Part shown: one piece after another, positions 14,278 through 27,148 of the stretch | Layout: the number at the start of each line of letters is the position of its first letter | Position numbering within the stretch: position 1 is the stretch's first letter | DNA from: Octopus sinensis | Lineage: Eukaryota | Assembly: GCF_006345805.1 (NCBI RefSeq) | Contig: NC_042997.1 | Location: 128,712,001 to 128,776,000 of the forward strand | DNA length: 64,000 nt | Direction of reading: 5' to 3' | The notes under the pieces: model-generated | The model's database searches: none | What the model saw: only the letters and a program-made list of their open reading frames with translations | Told to the model about the DNA's origin: nothing | Position numbers and translations under genes: made by a program

Positions 14278-15365
14278 CTAGATTATATAGTTATAGTGTT
14301 ATAGTATTATATAGTTATAGTTATAGTGTATTATGTTATTTGCACAGTCTTTCTTTTTAAAAGCATTAATGTATTAAAATGCTGAATTGGTAAGGAAATT
14401 TGGCTGCTCTTTCTAGTGGGTTAAACAACTATGTAGAGGCTCCCCATTGACTTATTATTATCATGTAGGTGGGTAGAGTTTCTGTTAGTCAGTGCTAAAG
14501 CTGAATTGAACCAAGCCTACATGATATTCTATCTTAATAGGATTCTGTAACATTAGAAATATCACATATAATACCACTTCTTTATTTTTTTATTATTATT
14601 TCATTTCTTAATTGCCAGCATCCTAATGTCTTTTGCTACTCCGCTATTCTATTATAGAGAAAGATATTCACTAGAAGTGTATCTCAATAAAACACTATAG
14701 CTTCCAAAATCTGAAAGAAAGAAAGAGCTGTTTTAGTACTCATCCATTCTTTATGACTATTGTTAGTGATATCTCTCACTCCCTCTTTACCTCTCTCACA
14801 ACACTTTTACTTCTTCACGTTCTCCGTCTATTCACATACTGCCACTCACTATCTTTTCGAACATTATTATAAAACTTTCTTTCTGCCTCAGTAACCGTAT
14901 TATCAGATTTCTGAACATATTTTTTGATATATTAATATATTCACATCAATTTTCTACTGTAACCCTTACTTTCTGCTGGATCAATATCTGCAGTTGCGTA
15001 TACATACATACGTACACATACAGGCACACATGTATGTATGTATGTATGTATGTAAGTATATATGCATGTATGTACATATGTAATTATGTATGCATATGCA
15101 CTGGGGATATCTGTAGCTATACACTATGGGGTTGTATGAATAATGTTGTATGATTGTATATCTGGGTACACTATAAACTTCTGTATGTATATGTAAGCTA
15201 TATATTCGCTGTAGTCTTTTGTATGAAGACACATATACATATATGTATAACTATTGACTTGCTATTTATACATAGGGTTCTTTTATTTCTCCACTATAGG
15301 ATTGTGTGTATACAATGTAGTGTTGCCTATATAATATTCTATTTATATTTGCATATATATTACTG

Positions 15366-15510
15366 TAAAGCCGGCGGATTGGCAGAATCATTTGAGCAGC
15401 AGACAAATGTGTTGCGATAATTGTTCCAGCTCTTTGTGTTTTGAGTTCAAATCCAACAAAGGTCATCTTTGCCTCTTATTCTTCCAGCTTTGATAAATTA
15501 AGTATCACCA
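15366..15510 (+). mobile_element. SINE family B, partial
   Basis: ggcggattggcagaatc...tgagttcaaatcc...gataaattaagta. Confidence 0.65.
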
Positions 15511-15565
15511 GGTTCATTTTCTCTTTCTCTCACTCTCTCTCTTTCTCCCTCTCTCTTACACCCTC

Positions 15566-15619
<54 letters not shown>

Positions 15620-16130
15620 ATTCAGTTGTGTTGCACTGGAAGAAGTGTCGTAAGAACCATTCCCAGCAGCACCCCTTTCTCCAGAAATAAAGAACAGTTG
15701 AATGATAAGTCTGCAACCTCTTATGGAAAAATTGTATACTTACTAAAAGAGTGGTCTAATGTACAGGACAACACAGACTGAAAATAAAGAGGAATGTGTA
15801 TGTGTGTGTGTGATTTATATATATGTGTATGTAAATAGATAGATTATTGTGTGTGCATTCTGAGTATTAACTATGTACAATTGTCTATATGATACACCAT
15901 GAGTACAATTGTGTATCAATTATGCTAAATGCGTATATCATTATGTAAGTTTGTGCAGATATATATGCAATGTGTTTTTTGTACTACTTGCTATATTTTC
16001 TTTTATATGTAGAATTATGTATACTTTATACTGGAATTATAGCTGTATCTGATATTACATTTTAACTATGTGTATATAATTTGTGTGTGCATGTGTGGAA
16101 TACTCCTTATACAGTTATGTATCTATTATG

Positions 16131-16177
<47 letters not shown>

Positions 16178-17014
16178 TGTATTTTACTAGAGCTGAAATA
16201 TTTTTACTGAAAAATTTGCTACAATATTTAACTGTCAAAATCAAGGCTTTCCTTGTAAATCAAAAATGTCTTGTTTCTATCTTCCCTATAAATCAAAAGC
16301 ATCTTCTTTCTTTCTGTTTTATCAGTTATATAAGCAATTCTATTTCTGTAATTCAACCAATGCACAACTTTATACCTTTAATTACTTATTCTTTCGTCAC
16401 TACTTCAGAAAGTATGGTGAAGAAGTCTATGCTTTGTTGATGATGTCAGAATAAATACCAAAACATGTCCGGAGTTGCTTCCCATAGTTACTGGAAAAAA
16501 TGAAAATAATGTCAGTCATTGACTAATATTTTTTCTTTTTTTCTTTTACAATTTATTTCCAGTTAGGTTTTTAATACTCCATGTATTAAATAACTTATCT
16601 GTCTGATAGAATGAAAATGCTTTTCTGCTCTTCAGTCAATGATCAGTCTATTGTTATATTTAGAAACTGTTTCGTCTCTCCTGCCATATGTTAAACAATG
16701 AATCATTGAAAAGCATCCATCATTACACCTTCACCGGTGGAAATTTGAATGCAAGAACAAAAGACTAAGAGAATAATTTATAGAGGGAGAAGTATCAGTG
16801 TGTCACAGTATTAAAGTGGTTAACAAGTTGGACTGGGGAAGGTAAATGTTGTGTCTTGCTAGTTTGACTATAAGTACTTTGCTGATGCTGACATATCAAC
16901 AGAATGGTAAGAGAGCCATTGTAGTAGAGATAATGGAGGAGCAGTGGTTCTCAAACTTGTACCAGGCACCTATCCTGTAAAAATATTAGTGAAGTTTTTA
17001 CACCATACCACCAC

Positions 17015-17235
17015 TTCTTTATTAATTCTTTCTAATTTTTACACAAGGCCAGCAATTTTGAAGGGAGGGGCAAGTCAGTCAGTTACACCACAGTGCTCAA
17101 CTGGTATTTATTTTATCACTGTTAAAATTATGAAAAGCAAAGTCATCATTGGTGGCATTTGAACTCAGAACATAAAGTGCCAGAAGAAATGCTGCTAAGT
17201 ATTTTGCTGTAACAGAATCTGCCAGCTTGCTGCTT
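17015..17235 (-). mobile_element. SINE family B
   Basis: RC of family B head (gccagcttgctgc), B-box-like tttgaactcag, and core gtgctcaactggtatttattttatc. Confidence 0.65.
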
Positions 17236-17464
17236 CTTTGTCAATGAGAAGACAAAACAGTGTTTGCATGCTTATAATTTTTTCTTTGCCTTGGTTTTAA
17301 ACAAGTTTGAAATGTTGAAAGTGTAATATTGAAAGTACAGAATATAATAACATACTAATTCATCCACCCCTTTTTCACTTCTCACAGCTTTGCTCCTTGT
17401 TAGAAAGAATGATGGTAGATATAGTTGATAGTGGTATGGTTGCGTGACAGTATGTAGTGTACAT

Positions 17465-17650
17465 GTTGCTGTTATTATTTAACCCTAGGTCAGCCCTGAT
17501 ATAGCAGAACTATGGCTGATGGTATTGTAGCCATGACCTTATTTTCTTTTATTTATGTTCAGGAACTTAGGACCACATTTTTGCAATGTGTAACATTTTC
17601 CAGGATGGTGGGTATGGGTATGAGTTGAGGGAGATTTGGTCACTATACTA
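17465..17650 (-). repeat. Family C (CAA)n-tailed repeat
   Basis: tttaaccctaggtcagccctg...ttgagggagatttgg. Confidence 0.6.
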
Positions 17651-20059
17651 CAAGGAAGCCTATACACTAGCCAATGAGGAAATTTTTTATGGTTGCTTGT
17701 CTTCTTAGAAGTTTCCTCATTGCTTTGTGTAGAAATTTCCTGTGTGTTGTTGGCATTTGATGATAATAGACAATAGCTAAGTTAGTCTTGAATCAAGGTA
17801 GCTGAAACCTGAATTGTGGAGGATATTTGGAGAAAATTTAATGAGTAATAAGAACCAGAGTAGGCATAGATGGAGTTAAAATCAGAGGAATGGGAGAACT
17901 AATACATAAAACTGATACACTGTTATATATAATGCAAATACTTACCTGTTCATTACTGCCATACAAATTATGCCAGTAAAAATAATGATATTTGTGTCAT
18001 TCACCATAAAATCAGATGATGTCACTGTGTTTGCTTGACCTGCTAGCAATGGGAGCTATATCTCTCTTAAATAACACTCTGTTAGCTTTAAACAAGGAAG
18101 GGCATTTTAGATAATGTAGTCTGATATAAACTATATTTGCAAAGACTGGATAATCACAGCTAGAAAATCACTACTGCCAAAAACCACAATGACAGCTATG
18201 AAGGGATTATGAAGATTAGGAAAATCTCAGGGAAACTTCAACTGAGAAGCATATCACATAAAAGTTAGATACCATAAAGTATTCAATCTGGTGATGTTAA
18301 CCCAGTTTGTGATTCTCAGTAGAAGATTACTTCAACCAGAATATTTAAGACTGAAAGCTAACATTTTGTCTACATCATAACAAAGTGATGAAACTGATGC
18401 TAGATATTGTACTATAATGACGATGACTTTAATGTGACAGCATTAATCATCAATCAGATTAATCAGCAAATTTTATGGGGCTAGGTTAATGATCAGAAAA
18501 ATTGCACCCCATAGGATTATTACTTTTCTCACTTTCATACAAATAAAATATTCCCTAAATGTATTCAATGACAGCCAGAACTAATTGTAAATTTTGCCTA
18601 AATTATTCTTATGATTGTGCACTTTCTTTTTGAACTCAACTAATGATGCTGGCACAAATCTCTGAAAACTAGATTATTGAGTTTATGTGATGCTTTCATG
18701 AGATTGTAGAACTACAATACTAACCAAGATGAAAAGAATGTAATATATATCAGACAAAATTTTGAAAATAAACTTATATTTGCTAACTAGTACTATAACC
18801 TTAGATCATATGAATAAAACACATTATTTGATCACAAAATACATTTTTGCTATATTTAATTGTACACATGGAAAGCTATCCAGTTGAACTATGTAGCACT
18901 GTAGCTTTGCTTTATAATGAGCTATCAGAAGATAATTTCAGCATGTCTGCTTTGAAGAGATTCTGCTGACTTAAAGAAATTTCATTTAATTCCTGTCATG
19001 TGATCAAAAATTTCAGCTAAGTATGTCCTGTAATAGTTGTTAATTATATGTAAATCTCTTTAATGGGTGCATACACCATACTGTTTAGTTCTTCATGAAA
19101 CTGGAAACTCTATCTAAATGCAATCTCTTGAATGTAAATTTGGTCGTGGGTTTATGGATCTAATTTCATATATCGGTGATGCAAAAGGTTTCTTCGTGGA
19201 AAATACCGCTAATTATCTTTCAAACTGTAATAATTATGAAGTAGGTGGTATTCAAATAGTGATATATGCCCTTTTGAAATTGATCTAATATAGATAGAAT
19301 AAACATTCAGAATATATTAGTTACCAAAAAAAGTATGTTACACTTTATTTATTATTGCTATTTTATACATTTTTTTATGCCCCAAATATTTTTAAAATGT
19401 TTACTTTTATTACTTTAGATGATATATTTTAAATAGAATTTACTAAAAGCATCTGACTGTGACATAATGGTAAGGAGGATCAAAATAGATAAACGATAAC
19501 TGATAGTGGAGTTTATGTAAATGATATATGCTTTACACACACACATAAGCTCACACACACACATAAATATATAAATGGATGTGTGCAAATGAAAGAGCAC
19601 TCAATGCATTATGTAGATATTATATCTGTATGTAGGCACTTAATGATTCAGATAGCACTCAGAGTTTCAAATGCATGAAAGTATAATGTATAATGGATGG
19701 ATCAAATTGATCAGATGTGTAAGTATGGTGTGTGTATGAGAAAGAAAGAGAGATCATTATTTTAACATTAATTTTTCCCATATTTGCGTGGGTCATACAA
19801 AATTCATGACGGCAAATTTTCTAGTTTTATGTCCGTCCAGTCACTAAACCTTACCCGTTCCCAACTCCAGTAGTATTTCCTTTCATCCTTGAAACACAAA
19901 CAGCACTAAGGCTGGACATGATTTCATGAAGGATTGCAAAGAAATGACATCTCTTATATGAATGTCATTCCTTTACAACTAGTACCTAATCTCAAGATAA
20001 GGAGGCATGACTGTGCATGCACACACACACACACGCACTCACTCATATACTCACACATA

Positions 20060-20230
20060 GGTACAATGGCTGTCTTTTAGTTTCCTTCTACCAAATCTAC
20101 TCATAGGGCTTTGGTAGGTTCAAGCCTATAGCAAAAAGTACTTTTCTAAGAAAGTGCACTGTGAGAAAAAAAAAACCCCACAAACTTGTAGTGGGGAAGC
20201 AAACTTCTTAACCATACAGTCATGCTTGCA
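20060..20230 (-). mobile_element. SINE family A, partial
   Basis: ctaccaaatctactcatagggctttggt...gggaagcaaacttcttaaccatacag. Confidence 0.6.
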
Positions 20231-21714
20231 TCTAAATGTGTGCACATGTGTGAATGAAAATTTTTAAAATCTATGTTCAGCAAAAGCTACAAATGTAATT
20301 CTCACTGTCTGTGGCTAGGCTTCAACCTGTGATATTTGTTGACATTTCCTGTCAGTACATCATCCATTAGCTCTGGGCTTTCAAATTCCTCTAGAATAAA
20401 AATATTACGTTACTTGAAAAGCAAATAATTGTTGCCACTGGAAGAGCATCCAGTTGTAAAAATCCTACCTCAAGTATCCTACCCTACATTCATATCATGC
20501 TTGTATGGAAAAACAGAAGTTAAAACAAATGAACAAATTACATGTACATGCATATGTATATGGAGTATATATATATATATATACATACATACTTACATAT
20601 ATATATATATATATATATATCTTAATGTATTTGTGATAGCATAAATGTGTTCATATTTCCTATTTAAACACATCTCTTATCTATTAATGCTATATATGTT
20701 GGTGTATGTATAATGTATTTGTATGGGTGTTTGTCTGTTCATATATGTATGTATGCATGTGGTGTTTGACATTGTGGTTATAAACCTCTTTCTTGCCTGA
20801 ATAATTTCCTGTACGAAAAGAGAAAGTGTTAGCCTTAAAGAAATCTAAACTCTCTTTCAGAGAAATAAATTGTATTAATTTTGTTGAATCTAAAGTTTAT
20901 TGCTGTGTTTTCTAATTAGAAATTATATTTGTGAGACCAGATCAATATATCAGTTTTCTTTGGTTTCAACTCATGTATCTGCAGGCTTCCGTTTCACATT
21001 AACAACAATATAACAGCAACAGATGAGAAGATAGAGAGAGAGTTATAGTTTATTAATTTATTTAAATATGATTTTGTTAATCTCATTATTAGATAATTGA
21101 ATTTAGGAGAGTTCCGTCTGTTTAGGCAGTTCCATCAAGGGGCAACTATTGTTTGAACACAACTAGCCTAGTGTATTCTACATTTCCTTATTGTTCCTAT
21201 TGTTGGTTTCTTCCTCAATCTCACAATCACCGACTCTATTAACTGGCTTTGTCCACTTCCCTCCGTCTTTGTAATCTTACCAGTCTTAAACCCTTTAAGT
21301 ATCAGCTGTGTCTTCCATAAAATACTTTACTGTCAGAAAACTTCAGAAGCCTTATTAGCTGATGTGCTTAACATCTCATCATGTTATATGTTTAACACAT
21401 AAATAGTTTTATTTTACACACATATCAATCTTTCTTCCGTTAAAAACTCATCACCATCTCTCTTTATTTCCCTTTTCTTTCTTATTCTCTCCCTCTCTCT
21501 TTCACACACACACACACACACATACACACACATAAGCATGCATACACTCACACATACACCGTGTTATGTCTCAAGTAATCCACAGACATACCATACTCCA
21601 TGTTCTTCAATTTTGCAACATCTAATACTTTTTATTTACAATATACATCACTGTTGTATTATAAAAAACCACTTGCTATATTAACCAATATATTTTTGTA
21701 ATCCTAAGTAGAAG

Positions 21715-22760
21715 AATTGCTTGTGAGAGCTGTAGAAACTATGTACAAGGGTGCTGTTGGCAAAGTGAGTGTCAGTTCAGTGGCATACTTAGTATGAAGT
21801 TTAGTGCCCACTAAGGTTCAGCCCTCAGCCTACCTCCTATCCATCATAGTTTTGCTGGCCTTTGCAAAGGAGCTTTTGCAGCTGAATCTGTAGCAGAAAT
21901 AGAGAAGAAATTCCAGGCATAGAAATAAAACTAGAGCCAAGGGATTTATGTCAGAATAAGGTGTTATTAAGCAAAATAGAAGATAGGACCCTGGCACTGT
22001 CTAGGAAATAGCCTTGCTCAATATGCACAAAAAGGTGTTGTGGATTCACAAGCAGGCTAACAGAGGAAAACAAGCTTTATGTGTGGAAGATGGACTGAAA
22101 CCATAGTCACTAAAAGCATGCTTGAAATAGCTTCTCTTAAATGTCCAGCTGGCTCACTAGAAGTAATTGATAACTTCTGTTACCTAGGTGACATAATTAG
22201 CAGTAGAGATAGTTGATTTGAAAGGCAGCAAGCTGGCAGAAACATTAGCACGCCGGGCGAAATGCTTAGCAGTATTTCGTCTGTCTTTACGTCCTGAGTT
22301 CAAATTCTGCCAAGGTCAACTTTGTCTTTCATCCTTTCAGGGTCGATAAATTAAGTACCAGTTATGCACTGGGGTCGATGTAATTGACTTAATCCGTTTG
22401 TCTGTCCTTGTTTGTCCCCTCTATGTTTAGCCCTTTGTGGGCAATAAAGAAATAAGATAGTTGATTTGAAAATATAGGAACTTGAGTAGAAACTAGGTGG
22501 CAACATAAGCCTTCTTCCTCTGAGTGACAGGCAGGTTGTATTAATGCTTGTGTTTGAACTGCAATACTGCATGGTAGTGAGACATGGGCTTTGACTGTAG
22601 AAGACTTGTGAAAGCAGAAAGAAATGAAGCAAGCATGTTCCAAAAGATGTGTAATGTCAGAATATAAATGATATGAGAGTATCCAGTATCATATGCAAGA
22701 GAAGTGGCTTCACTGGTGTGGGCATGTGATGCTGCAGAAGACCCGAATATTCATGGCAAA
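21715..22760 (+). mobile_element. Decayed RTE LINE RT region interrupted by a young SINE
   Basis: RAVETMYKGAVGKV, EVIDNFCYLGDIISS and WCGHVM-like motifs; homologous to 30560-31200. Confidence 0.7.
22224..22454 (+). mobile_element. Young full-length tRNA-type SINE (family B) with 17-bp TSD
   Basis: Perfect TSD agatagttgatttgaaa at 22207-22223 and 22455-22471; CpGs retained; B-box-like gagttcaaattc; core ctttcatcctttcagggtcgataaattaagtacc resembles the MetaSINE central domain as I recall it. Confidence 0.9.
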
Positions 22761-22802
22761 ACATTCACTGAGATGATAGTAGTGATAAGTGATTCTGACC
22801 TC

Positions 22803-22843
<41 letters not shown>

Positions 22844-23251
22844 GTGTGTTGGTATGTGGGTGTATGATGCTCTCTCACTTGCCCACTGCTGTCCATCATC
22901 CCTTTTCTGCCACTCTCCTTTGTATACCCACTCCTCATCTCTTTCAATGACTATCTCTGGTTCTTTGTTACTACTATCTATTTTTCACTCATTCATTTTC
23001 CCTTTCTTTCACACTTTTCACCCATACTCTTATAATGTAGAATAGCTCTATAAACCCTCACACAACCCACGTCATCATTCTTACTATTCTGCCCTTCCTT
23101 TCTCACTAAACACTTCCCTTTCTCTTATTCCTTCCATACCTCTCCCCCCAATAGAGACTACTTCGTTACTCTCTTCACTGCCATCCTCTCACAATTTATT
23201 CACCCTCACTTACTACGTTATATTTCACCCTCTCTAACCACCTTGCCTAAA

Positions 23252-23320
<69 letters not shown>

Positions 23321-23384
23321 ATATATATCTTTCCCCAGTTGCCCAGTTATAGGAAGCCTTTTAGACTCTTTATTCCTTTATTCT

Positions 23385-23600
23385 TGCTAGTTGCAAGGCA
23401 ACTTTACTAATGTTGGTGCCACAAAAAAAAATCACCCAGTACATTTTGTAAAGTGGTTGGTGTTGAGAAGGGTATCCAGCCATAGAAGCCATACCAAAAC
23501 AGTATTGAAACACAACATGACCCTCTGACTCATCAAGTCCTATCAAAACATCCAATTCATGTCATTATGAAGAGCAGATGTTACATGATGATGTTGATGA
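23385..23600 (+). mobile_element. Family D 3' end
   Basis: tggttggtgttgagaagggtatccagccatagaa...gatgttacatgatgatg. Confidence 0.55.
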
Positions 23601-24364
23601 CATTGATTCCTAAGTATATAACCCTTATATCACTTGATGTTCCCAATATATCTTTTCATCCATTTTGTCTTTTTTTTCTTTTTCCTTTTTTTTTTTGTTA
23701 TAGTTTTTATAAGAGTTATTGAATTGTAAGAAGAAAATCTGTTTAGTTGTTTTTATAGAAATCTTCAAGTTAGTGAAGAGGTTGCAGAATTCAGCAGATG
23801 TCAGATGTCTGGCCTTAAGAATTTTATTAGAAATAACTTTACATACAAATTTTTTTCTGTCTTCTAAAATACAATAGAACTAATTTATAGCTTTTTAAGA
23901 AGCAAATGACTTTGATGATAATGCCATGTTATAAAAACCATTATTTTCTGTTGATTACTAAAGTTCCTTCCTGCACCTTGTGATAAATATAATGGCAAAA
24001 GGTTTCCTCTTAATAAACAAGGTTACTATATGATAAACGTACTGAGTGGGAAAGTTTGAAAATTGCTATACAGTTTATGAAGTAGCTTCTTCACAGTACA
24101 GTATCTTTGACAAGTGTCTTCTACCAATGCTTTGTAAGTGGATTTTGTAGGTGCAAACTGAAAGACTATTTAAGCATGTATGTGTGTGCATGTGTGTATG
24201 TTTGTTTACATTTGCACTTCTCTATTAGTTGCTGAGCTTCAAGCAGCACTGTTGTTATTTCTCATCCACAAATTATCCACTGATTTTTAAATCTTTTACT
24301 TCAAAAGCAGGTAAGGGCAACAGGAAAGGCATCCAGTTATAAAACAATGGCTAAATAATATATA

Positions 24365-25615
24365 CAGGGGTTGGACAAAATAATGGAAACACCTAAAAAT
24401 TTCAAACAAATTTATTTTAATATGGTGTAGGACAGCCTTTAGCAGTAATTACAGCTTGAATTCTATGAGGTATGAACTCGTACAAAGTTTGAATTGTTTC
24501 CAAGGGAATTTTTGTCCATTCTTCAGCTAAAACAACCTCAAGTTCTTGTAGTGATGATGGTGGAGGATATCGACTCCTTATTTTTCTAAAATGTACCATA
24601 AATGTTCAATAATATTGAGATCTGGGAACTGTGGTAGCCAGATAAGATGCTCAACTTCACTAGAATGTTCCTCATGCCATTCAGTAACAACTTTAGCTGT
24701 GTGAATTGGTGCATTATCATCCTGAAGGATTGCGTTTCCCTCTAGAAACAGTTCTGTAAACATAGGATGAATTTGATCAGATAAAATGCTTAAATAGTCT
24801 TGACTATTATTTCTGCCATGAAGGGAAACCATTGGGCTGATAGATTTCCAAGATATAGCCCCCCAGATCATCCTCTATGTTTAACAGTTGGAAGAAGGCA
24901 CTCTGGATCAAATGTTTCTTTTGGCTGTCTTCACACGTATACTCAGCTGGTGGTCAGAAATAAGGAATAAAGATGACTTCTCCAAGAAAATAACATTCTT
25001 CCACTACTCTAGGGACTAATTCTGAAGGTTTTTACTCCACTCTAAAAGCTTTGCGACATTTTATTTTGAAAGTAGTCGTTTTCTGATTGCAGCCTTCCTA
25101 TGGAATCCGGCTTTGTACAGCTACCGGTGAACGGTTTTTGTGGAAACTGGGTTCTCGAGGTGGTCATTAAGCTCTGCAGTAATTTTGGGAGCTGTACTTT
25201 TGTGATCCTTTCTAACAATTTGCATAAGAGTCTGACAGTCCCTCTCTGAAAGTTTTGGTTTTCTTCCAGAGTTTTGATTCGATGAGGAGGTTTTTCCCTC
25301 TTTATCAAAGCTGTCGTTACTTTCAAGACAGTACTTCTTGATACACCAAACATTTTGGCTGTTTTCGTTATTCTAGCGCCTGCCATACAAGCACCAACAA
25401 TTTGACCTCTTTGAAAGTCCGATAGATCTGTCATTTTAATGATCTTTAATTACCTTTTTCTGATGATAACTGAAAAGAAACAGCAATTTTAGCAAAACAT
25501 ATTAAGCAACACTAATAATAAATAAAAAAACATAAAAATAAACAAGCTTTTGACAGTTTTACAGATATTTCAAAATTATGATGCTAGGTGTTTCCATTAT
25601 TTTGTCCAACCCCTG
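24365..25615 (-). mobile_element. Full-length Tc1 (DD34E-type) transposon with frameshifted transposase
   Basis: Perfect 30-bp TIRs caggggttggacaaaataatggaaacacct, TA TSD on both sides, 1251 bp. ORFs MTDLSDFQRGQIVGA (HTH), MIWGAIS, LQDDNAPIH, PDLNIIEHLW, IQAVITAKG. Confidence 0.95.
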
Positions 25616-25660
<45 letters not shown>

Positions 25661-25993
25661 GTATCTTTATTTCAATGGTACTAAATATTTGACAGTTTGC
25701 AAGCTAGATTGTGTATCACACCACAAAGCATATGAATTAAGCATTCGTATATATTTTTGTTTGTGCAAATATATCTTTTGGTGAAAACTGGTGCTCACAG
25801 GCAAAAATTTCTTGTGCCATATTTATTCCACCTGAGTTGTACAAACAGTTCCTTGTCATTCTCAGCATTAGAAAAGCAATGAGTCAATGATTGGCCCATA
25901 AGAAATCTGTAACTAGTAACACTGTTTCTCACAAAATGTGATGATATAAAATAAATGGTTGTATATTTTACTTCTACCAAATTTTTAAAAATG

Positions 25994-26257
25994 ATATTCT
26001 GTTGTGTCTGGAGAGTCATTTTCTTTTTGTATCTTATAATTTAACACACTCACCGGTAAAATTTCTACTTATTCCTTATTTTCATTTTCCTAAAATTTTC
26101 GTTGCGTCTTGCAACCTTTTCAAGAGAAAAGGTTGCAAGACGCAACGAAAATTTTAGGAAAATAAAAATAAGAAAAAAAAGGGGAAATTTTACCGGTGAG
26201 TATGTTACGTTATAAGGCACAAAAAGAAAATTACTCTCCCCAGACACAACATAATAT
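25994..26257. repeat. 264-bp fold-back inverted repeat
   Basis: Innermost 38 bp are a perfect IR around a 4-nt loop (aaga, 26122-26125); outer arms are homologous but diverged. Confidence 0.9.
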
Positions 26258-26928
26258 GCGTCAAACACACAAACTCACATAAAGAATCTTGCAAACCAAA
26301 TCCAAAAACGAAATTTAAAAATGTTCTATTTTTTTTAATGTAGTGGGTATAATTTGAATAGGATTTTGATGCTATTTCTAGCATATCAATAGGCCATATA
26401 AAAGCTCCTTTTATATTTTGTAAAAGGGGAAAGCGACATTGCACATAATCTTTGTAATCACTCTGCTGCTAAGATTGGTGTGGTAGATGTTTAGCTTGGT
26501 CTCTAGTGTAGGAATTATGTGAGTGGTCTAGGGGCTGCAGTTCTGGATAGAAATGACTGAAAAACGTTTAGAGTGCAGGATTTGTGGAATGAGGACAAAG
26601 TAACTATGATGAATGGGTGAGAAATATGAATATTTAATGGATCCTGGGTGAAAATGATAGAAATGATGCAACAGCTTGTTAATCTAGAGAAGCAAAAGCA
26701 ATTTCACAAGAGAGAGAGAGAGAGAGAGTAGTAAAACAATGTATTTTAAGAATCAGTTTGGTAGTTAACAGGATCAGAGGAGTTATTATTTTTGAGGGTG
26801 GGGCAAACTGATGTCTTTCCAAAATTCATTGTTTGGCTCCAAATTAGCCTTCGTCAAGCAAGATTGGTGATCAAAGGTGTCTATCCACAACCATCTCTTC
26901 CTTTTTTAGACATGTCATTTCTCTTGAA

Positions 26929-27148
26929 CCCTTTCGTTACTGTATTTATTTTGAAATGCTCTGTGTTTCTTTCAATTACTTTAAATATAACAAAGAATTT
27001 AGTAAAATAACTTAGTTATCATTCAGCTAGTGTTAGGAACATAAATTGTGACTAAGGTTTGGTGGAAGATTTTAATTCAAAACTTATTAAAACAAGACAT
27101 TTGTACTCAGAGCCAGAGCCGGTTTCAACCGGATTGGTAATGAAAGGG
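26929..27148. mobile_element. piggyBac-type MITE (220 bp)
   Basis: 12-bp TIRs ccctttcgttac / gtaatgaaaggg (11/12), TTAA on the right and TGAA on the left, no ORF. Confidence 0.8.

Noticed and set aside
16942-16956. cagtggttctcaaac, like a hAT/Charlie TIR
   Set aside because: No matching second TIR or TSD found.
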